Positions 41,485-53,597 of a DNA stretch of 64,000 nt are shown piece after piece. The notes below the pieces were generated by a model. The model searched no databases and had not been told where the DNA came from. It worked only from the letters and a program-made list of their open reading frames with translations. Source of the stretch: Perna viridis (lineage: Eukaryota). Positions within the stretch are counted from its first letter, which is position 1. The number at the start of each line of letters is the position of its first letter. The translations under genes and the position numbers were made by a program. The stretch is taken from positions 39,308,001-39,372,000 of the forward strand of contig CM074514.1 in assembly GCA_037379345.1 (NCBI GenBank). The letters run 5' to 3'.

Positions 41485-44400
41485 GAACGGAAGAGCCGTT
41501 GGAGAAGATGAAGAAGAGATAGATGTTGATTCAAACGGAACAAAAACGGAATCTAAAATATGTGGCAGGCCAAGTCCCCAGCCAGACTTAGTGCCGTTAG
41601 CAAAAACCCATAATTCGGGTACAATTGTTACAAAGTACATGCCGCAAAACAACAGGGTAATGGCTAGTAGTCCTGAAAAGTTCACATTTGACGATTCTGG
41701 TCGTTTCATCGTACCAAAGAGTAAATGGCAACTTCGGGCAGAGTCTACATGCTTAGCAAAAGAAATGGCTTTTATGAAAAAGTACATGCCAGCTTACTAT
41801 CGAGAAACGACAATCTTACGTCAAACTGGGCTGCCTTCAGATCTCATCAACATCATGTTCAGAAAAATACCCCTCCTCCTGAATATGTAAGTGATCTATA
41901 CAAAGAAATGTTCTCTTCACCATTTATAATGAAGTTCAGGAGAGGGGGTACAATGGTCGCAAAACACCCAAGACCTATGATGGCGCATTGCATCATTGAG
42001 GAGGAGAAGCGACGCTTTAATGTAGCACTATATCTAGGAGTAACAGAAATTCTTCCGGTCTTGAAAGAAGAACACCACTTGGAGCGTTTCGCAAGGTTAC
42101 CAGTAAATAAATCATCAACTGGTTTGGATGACGTCAAAGCTGACTATTCAATGGTTGATTTATTTGTGTGCGATGCGGGAGGCCAACTCAACTCTTCTGG
42201 AATGCTTAACCTATCATTTGAGCTGCGACTCGGAAAGCAATATGACATGGAAGAGAAGGTAAGATCTTTAAAAGAACTCCATAAAGAGCTCCAAACGTAC
42301 CCGGAACTCACTGAAGAGTCAAGCACCAGTGGAGTTAGCCAGACCATCTGGACAACAATGAGATATAGAAAACCACTTATCATTAAAGGCAGAAGATTCA
42401 ACCGCCGGAAACATTTTCGTCTAAAGAAACGCGTCATTGACCAAGGATTGCCACAGAAAGAAAAATATACAGCAATACGAGAACTCCAAGATAACATGGA
42501 TCGGCATATAGAACTTACCGAGACAGATCTATATTTCCCGAGAATCTAATAGTTACCCATCTGTTCTAAATCAAAATGGCGTCACTTAGCAACCAATGAA
42601 ATTTTGTATACATGGACCTTGTGACGGAAAAGCCGAGTGTATTGATATCAGAATTAATAGAATGGCACTTCATCTTTTCCTAGAGGCAGTTAAAGGTTCG
42701 GAAACGAAGGTAAATTCTCTTGAACACACCAAAGTCCGCGTCGACATCAACTCGAAAGGTTCCGAAAAGAATTTTGAATTCGCAATTCACACTACAGTCA
42801 ATAATGACGACATCATGAAAGAAGCTGCTGAAAAACCAAAATTACCAAAACACACTGCTGTCATTATTGATACCAACACGAAAGAGAAACCATCGTTTTC
42901 TAAAAAGTGGAACTCTCTCAAGGAGAAACTTAAACCAAATTTGAAAATAAACCTGAACGGAAGGGCTTTCCAGCACAGAAATATCGATGTCAACAGTGGT
43001 AGCGATGATGTTGTCAATATGACAGATGGAGATATTGTGAAATTAAACGACTGTGTAATTCCTACAGAAAATCAAAACCTCCAGGATACTGAAGATGTTC
43101 AAGCTACAATGGATGATGATGAGCCACAATTCGTCGACAGAAAAAAACACCGAGTTAAATGCAGATCTTGGCCTTCAGCAGGGAATGGGTGACATAGCTT
43201 TACAAAACGAACCAGGACCAACTGATGATTTGGGAAAGGCTGTCGAAAGGTTGCCGTTATCGCAGTCCGACTTACGAAAGTCCGATAATGTTGGAGCAGC
43301 TTTTGATAATAGGTTCGATGCTCCTAAAAATCGGTCTGTAGAAGCACCGGATGGAAACAATAGCTATAATGCTAGAAGAGAGAAATCTGGGCACATGTTT
43401 AATACAGATAAAGACCAGTTGTATTGTGCAACGGGCATTCAAATGCATGACCCGAAGCCGTCAGGTCTTCAGGAGATGTTCGAGATACATCAGAGTAATC
43501 TAACGCATTCAAAGCTGGATTTGTCAACAACGTTCGATACTGATAATATCGGATATGGCAGACCCATCATTAGAGCTCGGACTCCTGTAAATGGCAAAGA
43601 TACAACTTCACAAAGTAAAAAGATAATTAAAACTGAAATTGTTGTCCCAGTAGGAAATAGAAGTAACCTTACCACTGAATTCACATCCAGTTATCCAGTT
43701 CCGACAGAATGGCTCGATTCTTATGAATCGAGCGAAAGCGAAGCTGAAGAAGAGGTTTATTATTCTCAGGAACAACACAAGCGTTACGAAGACTTCGAGA
43801 CGGGACTGGAAATTTTACAGGCATCAATGGACATTCAGAAGCAAGAGGAAGATTATTACAGCTGTGGGTATCGTCCATTGTTCGCTTTTTATATGAAGAT
43901 GAGGAAGAAGAATTGGAAAGTGAAGATGATAAAGCCCTAGATATGAGGCAATCTGATGAAACCACAGAAATTGAAAAGGTCATCGAGATATATCATGCTG
44001 ACGCTGCCCAGAAAGTCTTCGGTGCAAATGCAGGGAAGTATTATGCAAATTTTGATAATGCACAGTGTGTTAGCGGAAGGTCAGTTGAAGCTCCACGAGT
44101 CCAATTTTGTAGAAAAATGACAATTGAAGTTACAAATAGTAATTACATTAGCGAAATATCAATGGAAGCGGTTAGAGGTCGACATACTACTGAAAGCTTT
44201 GCTGAAAGTACTAGGGATCAGTATGCTTGCGAAATATCGATGGAGGCCAGAACAGGCCAATGTGCGGAAGAAACTGCAATGGAAGCAACACCAGGCAAAT
44301 ATACTAGCCAAATCGCAATGAATGATACAGGAGGTCAGTATGCTTTAAGTACACCCAACTCTAATGAAGCAATAAGAGGAAAATATTCAACTGATTATGA

Positions 44401-46400
44401 AATTAACACGGTTGAAAGAATAAATCAGAGAATCATGAATGAAAAATCTCTAGAAGAAAATTCTTGTAGCAATGTTGATGGTGACACCATTGTAAATGGA
44501 AATGTGCAGACGACTGTCTCGAAGAAAGCGAGTGCATGGGAAATCACGTTATACGGCTCTCCAACACTACGCGAAATCAACAAGGAATCAGATAGCGATA
44601 AAGCACTGGGTGAATCGAAGAGAAAACGAAAAAAACAGTCGACTCCCGATTTGTTGCACGGGACTGATTTGGAGAAATATGCTTGGAAAATCAAGGGTAA
44701 CTCTAATCAAACCTACTCGTGATAGCAAAATACCTATCAGAGTTCATGTAGGCTGCCACCGAACTACCAGGATTGATAACAATGTACCGGAGACACTCGG
44801 CATCACAGAAATTTATCACAATACAACATACAAACCAGAAAGTCGTATTCCTGTTCGCCGTGATGGCAATGTATGGCGAACATTGAATGGAAAATCGATA
44901 GCCTCGCCTATTAAGGCAAAATCAGGAAGCAAATTGCCCATCAGAATTCAAGCAAGCAGAGATAGAATGACCATGTATAACAAGACCAAATGTAGAACAG
45001 TCAGCGGAAGAAATTATGCGACACGGCAAAGAAAATCATGTATTAGAATGTCGAAATGGTAACATATTGCAAGGAGAGCAAAGAAAATTGGAAACCTCGT
45101 CTAAAATGCCCACTATAGGGAGCAAAATACCGGTCAGAGTTACAGTAAGTTACCATGAATCCGACAATGCTGCTGTAAGATCTGAGTTCTACATCAAGTA
45201 GTAGTAGTGCGAGTAAGCTACCATATAGGAATGGAAAAAAATGGCGTGAGTCCGAAGCAAAAATACAAAGAACAGAGACAGAGTATGGCACCGTGCAACA
45301 CTTTTACCAATATCAGTGCACAGTGATAAAACAGTGATAACCTCCGGATAGACTAGCTGTGAGGCAAAATGTAAAAATAGACGATCAAATGGCTGGTACT
45401 ACACATAAAAAAACAAGAGAGCCGATACTGAGCCAGAAAATCAAATCGGCGAAAAAGGTGAACGGAAGAGCCGAAACTCAACTTCAAAAAGACAAAAAGC
45501 CCCCATGTCTCAGGCCAATAGAGAACGAATCCGCTAGTATGGCGAATGAAAGGGCTGAAACACCACATCACAGAGACAAAAAGTCTTCACGTTTTAGACC
45601 GATAGAGATAGAATCTACTGGAATGATGAATAAAAGGACTAATACTTCCCATCACAGAGACCGGGGGTCTCAAAGTCCCAGTCTAATCCACGCCGATTCT
45701 AAAAGAATGATGAATCATAAGGCTGATGGTTCATGTCACACATCGAGAGAGTCTTCAGATCGTAATCTCACGGATGACGAATATACGCGTATGATGAGTA
45801 AAAGGGCCAATGATTCAAACCACAGAACCATAGAGTCTCCAAGACTCAGTTCCACAAAGCATGATTCTACAGTAATGGGGGACAAGTCAAGATTTCAACC
45901 GATTGAAAACAGAAATTATTCGCCACACGATGATACAAAATGCTTTTGGAAAATTTCAACTCGACCTCCATCAAGTACAAATCAACCAAAAATGATATTA
46001 AGTCACTCCTCATGTGAAACTGACTTTATCATACCCCAACCAATTAAAGCAAGGATCGTGTTAAGTCAGCGGCACCTCGTTCTCGCTTCCCTCCTGTGAG
46101 AAATGCGGGCAATCTCAGGAACATTGTCAGCTAGATTGGGGATGAAGGAGAACGATCACTAGCCGATAGATCTACAATGTCTCCTTTAACTGGACACATC
46201 AATGACATTTGTGAATCACCTCGCCCCATGTCGGCCCATGGAACGATAAAAATAACGCCCATACACAACGGTGAAAGAATCAACCGGTCAGCATCAAGTT
46301 TTGAAAAACTGCCCCCTTTTTGATTCGAACAATAGAAAGCAGTGACGAAAAGTCATTAAACGAAACATCCAATTGATAAGAAAACACTTTTAAAATTGCC
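41485..46400 (+). pseudogene. Orphan gene giant terminal exon with multiple frameshifts and stops
   Basis: Acceptor ttcctttag; consecutive overlapping ORFs; 13-aa, ~62-68-aa and ~28-aa internal repeats; 3' end approximate. Confidence 0.75.
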
Positions 46401-46959
46401 TATGATCTCAACTATTTCGACATGGCAATTGTTTCATTTTAATCAACAGAAATTTCAAGCATCATCCTGTAAAAATATTTGGTTTTGGTCTTAGATACCA
46501 GTAATTATAAATATACTTTGAAGATTTCGTCGTATTGTTGGTTAGGATTTCTTCTTTTTTTTTTTGTTTAGTTTTTAAGTTCATTTTAAACTATCACCAA
46601 AACCATACAATCCCATAACCTAATTATAAAAGGCTGTTGATTTTGTATTTATCAGAAAATATCAGACTCGTTTATACCTTAACCAGGGAGTTTTTATAAA
46701 GTTCCTGCCTTAACATGTTAACAACTAAACTAAATCGTAAGCAATATGTACATATATCACCTTTGTTACATTGTCAAGCAGGAGAATTGATCGTGAACAG
46801 GTCGATAACGGATGTTATGTATTGCAGCTAGATCGTGAATGAGGGTGTTAAAGATCATGAGGAACAATTTTGTCGCTTTTTCAATAATTTCAGCAAAACA
46901 CCAAATTTAAGCGAAAACCCGAGGATGTTTGTCAAAGTTGTAACCATTTGCAAAGCTTA

Positions 46960-48259
46960 TAGTCACTGTTCTGAACGAGCCCGGTTTAGATTTTTTTGGA
47001 CCTGGTTTCGATGACACAATATGGCGGACCAGCAATTCGTCGAAATATATTTATTTTTTATATCTTTCTCGTATGGCCTTACGCGTATTTGTAACTTTTA
47101 AATATAGAAATGTATAGACTGTCATAACATTCATTTTTATTGACAGTATACAAAAATATCTTCGATCTCCACAAAACGTCGATTAAAATATTGTTTATTG
47201 TGAAAAAAAAAAACGAAATCAAGCAGAAGATCGAGCCTTCTCTCTGTCATATAATCGTATAAGCGCCCGTATTTTAGAATGAAACCGTTGTCTATATCAA
47301 CTTTTTTCAGGCAAAATCATATCCGTATGAAAAAAATAACAATTGACTAAATATAACTGCAGATGTAGAGTGTTTACAAAATAGCAAAACCCTGGTTTAG
47401 ATTATCAATCTTTCAGTGACCTTGAGCACTTTTCATTCGAAAAGTTCCCGGTTTAGATGACAGATAAAAGAAGGACACGGTTTAGATCTTAGTTCAAATC
47501 CATGAATTTAATATATGTTAATAAATATGTAATTTTATATTGACCCTGTTATAGGTTTGAGGTCTGTCATATTGGCGAGGTGGTCGTACTGGTCCTGAGG
47601 CATCGCCGAGGGCCAATACGGCTGTCGAGGCCAATATAATTGACCGAAACCTGTAACAGGGCCAATATGAAATTACACATTGGCCCTGGTTTGATCCATA
47701 TTGGCCCTCTTTTTTCATATTGGCCCCGTATAGATGCCCGGATTGAATTCACATCAGTTAGTCAGTTCTTGACATATTTTAACGTATTTTGGGTAGTTGG
47801 CTAATTAATCGACATATTAATCAGGTCCGCAATGATCTAAACCGGGTCTTTTTCTGTAAACACCATAAATCTGCAGTTATATTTAGTTAACTGTTAATTT
47901 TTCATACGGGAATGTTTTTGCCTGAATATAATTATTATAGACAACGGTCTCATTCCCAAATACAGAAGGTTTTATGATTAGGCTCGACCCACCGCTTGAT
48001 TTCAGTTTTTTTTAAATTTTTTTCACTATAAACAAGATTTCAAACGATGTTCTCTTCAGATTAAAGGTAAAGTCGTCCGTATACGTGTATTGTTAATAAA
48101 AATAGAATATTATTGCTGTATGTGCTTTACAATTTTAAGCAGCTACAATTATGCATAAGGTCGTAACAGAAAGATATAAAAGACACCAGCCTTTCGTAAA
48201 AGTGCTCGACCGCCTAGTCCAAAACAATCTAAACCGGGCTCGTTTAGGACAGCGATAGT
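46960..48259. mobile_element. Foldback-like element with ~450-500-bp diverged inverted arms and a central palindrome
   Basis: AACGAGCCCGGTTTAGATT (46975) mirrored by AATCTAAACCGGGCTCGTT (48226); internal blocks mirrored; central palindrome about 47525-47680. Confidence 0.78.
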
Positions 48260-48967
48260 GTAATGCTTCATTTCGATAAACCAATATTGAGAAAATGTAT
48301 AAGGCATCACTTCGCTCTATATATTTTTACATGTTATATCACAACTTCGATTTTTCCCATTTCTTAACCATTTTAACTTAAACAATCTAGTTTTTGTCTC
48401 AATAACATTGAACATTTTGGATTATTCATTGTTGATCAAATGTGTTTACTTGTAATTTAATATAAAGTAAAGTGTTGCCTTTCGAAGTTTCTGTACAATG
48501 GTTTATGAAAATGAAGTTCGCGCGACTCTAATTCTTTTGCAAATGCTAATCACTTTGACAGCCATTCTAGTTGTGGTTGCAGATGTTGACATTGTTGAAA
48601 AAGTGATAAATTTGTTGTTCACGAACCTTAGCATCCCCATTCACGAGCAAGTTGCAAGTCTCGAATCAGTTATCGACCTGTTCACGAACATTCTTCTCCC
48701 TTGGCAGTGTGAAGACTGTTTTAGACTGATTAATTCACTAATATTGTTGTTATGTTTTATATTTCATTCCAGTAAATACATGTACTTGTAAATTTTCTCA
48801 CTTCTAATGGATAATTTTACCTTTTACATGAAATTGTCAATAACGTGGCTATTTCAAATACAATTTAAGATTTCATTATAAAACTTTAGTTAGTATTTTT
48901 TCCTTCAAGAACTTTAATAAATATATATACAAACATCTAAGTTGCCATTCCTAGATGACACAGTTTC

Positions 48968-49695
48968 AATAATGTATTTTCAAAATGTTGCCACTCCTTG
49001 ATAATGTACATTAAAATGTTGCCACTCCTTAATGATGTACTTTCAAAATGTTGCCACTCTTTCATAAACTTTCAAAATGTGGCCATTCCTTGATAATGTA
49101 CTTTAAAATGTTGCCACTCCTTGATAATGTACATTAAAATGTTGCCACTCCTTAATGATGTACTTTCAAAATGTTGCCACTCTTTGATAATGTACTTTAA
49201 AATGTTACCACTCCTTGATAATGTATTTTCAAAATGTTGCCACTCCTTGATAATGTACTGTAAAATGTGGCCACTCCCTGATAATGTATTTTCAAAATGT
49301 TGTCACTCCTTGATAATGTACTTTCAAAATGTTGCCACTCTTTGATAATGTACTTTAAAATGTTACCACTCCTTGATAGTGTACTTTCAAAATGTTGCCA
49401 CTCTTTGATAATGTACTTTAAAATATTACCACTCCTTGATAATGTATTTTCAAAATGTTGCCACTCCTTGATAATGTACTTACAAAATGTTGCCACTCCT
49501 TGATAATGTAATTTAAAATGTTGCCACTCCTTGATAATGTACTTTCAAAATGTTGCCACTCTTTGATGAACTTTCAAAATGTGGCCATTCCTTGATAATG
49601 TACTTTAAAATGTTGCCACTCCTTGATAATGTACTTTCAAAATGTTGCCAGTCATTGATAATGTACTTTCAACATATTGTCATTCCTTGATGACA
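48968..49695. repeat. 31/32-bp minisatellite, ~23 units
   Basis: Unit TTT(C)AAAATGTTGCCACTCCTTGATAATGTAC, head-to-tail without spacers. Confidence 0.95.
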
Positions 49696-52050
49696 CTATT
49701 TTATTGTTATTATTAATAAAATAATTGCATTTTCTTAAATGGGTTGTTCCAAAGTATTTTATGAGGAAACAAGTAAAATTGTGGTTTACATATTCCAGAA
49801 GTTTACTTTGACACAGAAACAAATGCTTACGATAAAAATGAAAATCAATTGGAAACAGAGACAAAATGCATCCATGAATAACTAAAAGAAAAACAAAACA
49901 CACAACAACAAATGTACAAACAATATGAACTGATAAGAAGAAACGTTTATTTGCCTGAATGCAGCCTTTTATCAGATGTGTCTTGATTTTCTCCTCTTGA
50001 CTTCCATTAAAATGCTGATGTCGACTGTGTTGACTGGACAACCAAAAGAAAGGTTAACAAAGGACTTATTGAGAAATCTAGTAATTGACATGAAAATGAT
50101 TTTAGTGATCATTTGGTAAATATTAAATTTGAAAAATTTGAAGTTACGACTAAGTAAACTATTTTTTTCATGATTTCTTCTATTTGTCAGATTTTTAGAG
50201 TAATCCTAATCACCCTAGATCTGAAGCCTGATAAGAATTTCCTTAAACTGAAAAAGCAATGCTTACTAACTTGACAGAAGTAACAGAAAAAATGGGTATC
50301 CCCGTGTCCAAGTATTAAAAAATGGAAAGGTCCATGTTTTGCTACATGAAACCTCCAATCCAATAATAGGAGGTGCTCAATTGGAAGATGTATGGGGGGT
50401 GGGGCTTCCCTATCATGCACCTACTAATGCCAGGAAAATTCACTATAGGCGTAATGGAATTAACATGAACATGTAAAGTTAATTTATATTGGCAAAACAT
50501 CAATAAAATGCAGAATATAACCCAAAGGGGCTTCAAATCAAAGTGCTGATAGCACTGGCGGTTTTTGGTTCTTGTGAAAATTGTAACATGAGCAAACTTA
50601 CAAAGATTATTTGATGTTAAATAAAATTGCATATTAAATACTATTAAGAACTGTCTTATAATATTTATAAAGGCTAAAATCCACTAATTCCACTTCCCAT
50701 AGGCTTCTATGCTAATTTCACAATATTCAATGGCTTCTCTGGACTTTACCTTAACTTTAACCTGCAGAGGACTATATATCAGCATGATTCTACATATGCC
50801 AGCTCACAATCCTCAGAATGGCATGTGGGGTTAGCAGATTTGCAGTGCAGTACTGGTCACCGGAAGTGAAGTGTCTATAAATAGCATGGGAAATCCCAGT
50901 CTTTTCTTCACAAGATAGGGGTATATTTAGAAATCATTATTGATATTAGGCTTCACATCACAAGAAGCAAAATGCACCTATAAAATGTACAGAAATGTTT
51001 TTCCTTTCAGAAACTGTTTAAATTTTTTAAATGAGATGAGAACTTTTTTCACAGCACTATGAGGAACAGGGGTAATTTCTGCGTAGGACTATTTTTGCGT
51101 ACGTTCCAAATGCTCATTGGTTGAATTGGTGGTCTGTAACCTAAACTGAACGTCAATCCATATTACTGTACCAACTTCACACACATTTACATTTTATTCC
51201 ATTTCACCTTTTTCCCATTTTTACAAATCTATCCAAAAGTTAATGACATTAACATTCTGAAGGTTTATTTATAGAAAAGTTATACTTAAATAAAACCAAT
51301 ATCAGCTTAAGAAAATAATTTTCTTCACACAAGATTTTCAAAAACTAGACTTTTATAAATTTGAATTTTCCCGCCAATTTACTTGGTTAAATCACTGCTC
51401 TTCACTTCCTGTTTATAAAATGTAAAATATTAATGATAGGATTGTTATAAGTGTGTTAAAATGAAAATACTTAACAAATTTTATGCTTCCAGACACATTA
51501 CTGCAAGAATGCAAATTTATTACTACATATCATTCAAGGCCAAAAAGGAGTCCCTTGCATCTTGAGTTGAAATGAAGACTAGATTTTCATTTTATTTTCA
51601 GAGATAATAGAATATTACTGTGCTGATTAATTGCAAGATACATATTTCCTGGTTATAAAAGAGGTATTGAATGATATGAAAAGAATAACATTTGGATTTA
51701 TTTTTGTGTAGTGTTCAGAAATGGTAGGGAAGTACCAGTGATACCAGCAACATAAGGTATTTTGATACATCAAAAACCTAAAAACAATAAACAAGTTCAC
51801 CCTTGTAATGCAGATGGTTTGTGCGGTCTATTTTGAGGCTTCGGCCCGGGGATGATCATTTAATCAACCAGTAAGTTTGTAACTTCAACTAGCATAACAA
51901 CCAGCTCCATTCCCTGAAGTTAACTTCTTTTTTTTTAATTTGTTTTTTTTTTTCACTGTTTTTTTTTCTGCTATAACCGTTTCATTGTAGGGAGAAACTG
52001 GACACCTTAAGCGCTGCTTTGTACCAAGTCCTTTGATAGTCCATGACACA

Positions 52051-52073
52051 TTTATTGTACAAAAACTTTTATT
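52051..52073 (-). terminator. Candidate tandem poly(A) signals for RAP1GDS1
   Basis: Two minus-strand AATAAA (tttatt at 52051 and 52068); other candidate sites exist. Confidence 0.3.
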
Positions 52074-52949
52074 GGTACATCTTTAACAGATTAAACTGAT
52101 AACAAACACATTGCTAATATACAAATTCAAAAAGCATTCCTAAGAACACAAGTGTAGAAGACAATACAATAACTATAGTTGCTGCTGGGCACAGCTATTG
52201 CATATCAATTAGCCACACAAAAAAAAAATAACTGTTTCTCAAATTTGGCTTAATACATATTTTTGTAGGGATAGACCTAACTCGAATAGTTCAAGCCCCA
52301 ACCGTCACCGATTCTCTCACGACTGATAGAGAGTGGAATATAACGACTGAATTATTCTGGTTAGGATAGATCCAGTGGATGCCTGTTATCCCCTCCCCAA
52401 AAAAGTGAGAGAAAAATGTTTTGTCGAAAATAAATAAAAGCTTATCAGGAAACTCTTTCTACTCTTGGATCAATGTTTTCCAAGCTTCCCGTCCAAACCA
52501 AAAATTCTAGAACTGTCTTGCAGAGGTGTTTTTTTTTTACTAGTTACAGATTTTTTATTTAAAAATGAATAAAACTTAAATACTAAAATATTGAACACCA
52601 TAAAGAGTTTTTGTATAAAGAGTCTATTTTTGGATATTGAGGCTACTCCTAAATACACTTTATTAACAACTCATACTGAAAGAGTTTCAATATTCCTACA
52701 AATTCTAAATTTGAAAGTTTAATACAATAAGATAAACCTAAGTTTGAAAAAAAGAACAGTTTATTTTAAAGTGTGGCCGTAACACAGTCCTGTACTAAAT
52801 ATTCTAAAATAAACAATACTTCCTTGAGCTTTTAAAAACAACTGTATACAAATCTCCATATAAACTATCATGATTCATGCAGTCAACTTGATGATTTATT
52901 GTATACAAAACAAATCTTCATTAATGGTGGCAGTTTTACAGCCAGTAGT

Positions 52950-53147
52950 ATAGTTAACTTCACAGAATACAGTTGGTTTTCCATTGATAAATGACTATTA
53001 TCTGATGAACTTTCTTAGGTATAGTCAAGGTATTTAAACCTCGGCATGTGTCTAATAGAAAGTTTAAACCTCCTTGTTAATTGTCCAGTGATCAGGTGAC
53101 TGTCAATCGATCAAGAAAAGACCAACTCAACTTCTTGAAGTTGACTA
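52950..53147. mobile_element. Palindromic family G copy
   Basis: atagttaacttcacagaatacagttggttttc ... gaaaagaccaactcaacttcttgaagttgactat. Confidence 0.62.
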
Positions 53148-53310
53148 TCTCACTGGCTGTAATCCATTTTATTACAAGCTTAGTTAATAAACGGTGTGTA
53201 ATTATGTTTCTAAAACACATGAACAAACTTGAATTTAAATGGACGTTTCTACATTTACATAGTTAATGATCACACCCACAAAACAATATTACATGAACTA
53301 TATACAATAA

Positions 53311-53522
53311 GGAGGTAGACCTAGGGAAAGGGGCATAACTCTTGAAATCAGTGATATGTTTGCATCATATTTAATTTTACCAAAGCCTTTCAAGCTTTCC
53401 TTTGAAACAGATTGAAATCAGTCCAAGTTACTTTGATGCTTACAAGAAATTGATGTAAAATGGCGTATACAAACATTTCAATGATTAGTAAGAGCTGTGT
53501 CCCTTACCCTGGGTCTATCTCC
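53311..53522. mobile_element. MITE family A copy, opposite orientation
   Basis: GGAGGTAGACCTAGGG...CCCTGGGTCTATCTCC|TTAA. Confidence 0.88.
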
Positions 53523-53597
53523 TTAATTTTGAAGTTTTTTTTCTTGAATTAGACTTATTGCATATGAAGATCAAATCAAATTAAGCAAAACAATTAA

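Larger units (their letters stand above)
36660..46400 (+). pseudogene. Unrecognised multi-exon gene, disrupted (pseudogene or mis-assembled); large repeat-rich protein with SxIP motifs
   Basis: Phase-compatible exons 36660-36721, 37068-37135, (37609-37770), 41022 or 41052 to 41223, then a ~5-kb exon from 41485. The large exon is a chain of overlapping + strand ORFs (146, 274, 198, 281, 269, 188, 61, 246 aa) joined by frameshifts, with higher GC, purine-rich sense strand and protein-level repeats. Confidence 0.75.

Noticed and set aside
41860-45200. Programmed ribosomal frameshifting chain
   Set aside because: Shifts go in both directions, there are in-frame stops, and I see no consistent slippery site with downstream structure
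41473-45571. Minus-strand ORFs over the orphan exon
   Set aside because: Short Ser/Phe/Leu-rich antisense shadows of a purine-rich coding strand
41450-46099. Endogenous virus, operon or transposase cluster of separate ORFs
   Set aside because: I recognise no RT, integrase, capsid or transposase motifs. The ORFs overlap at frameshift points, protein repeats run across them, and there are spliceosomal introns upstream, so one broken gene fits better. A profile search is still needed to exclude it fully.
48968-49695. CRISPR-like array of ~32-bp repeats; repeat ORFs 49121, 49197 and 49297
   Set aside because: Units are contiguous with no unique spacers, there are no cas genes and the context is eukaryotic; the ORFs are by-products of the 63-bp period
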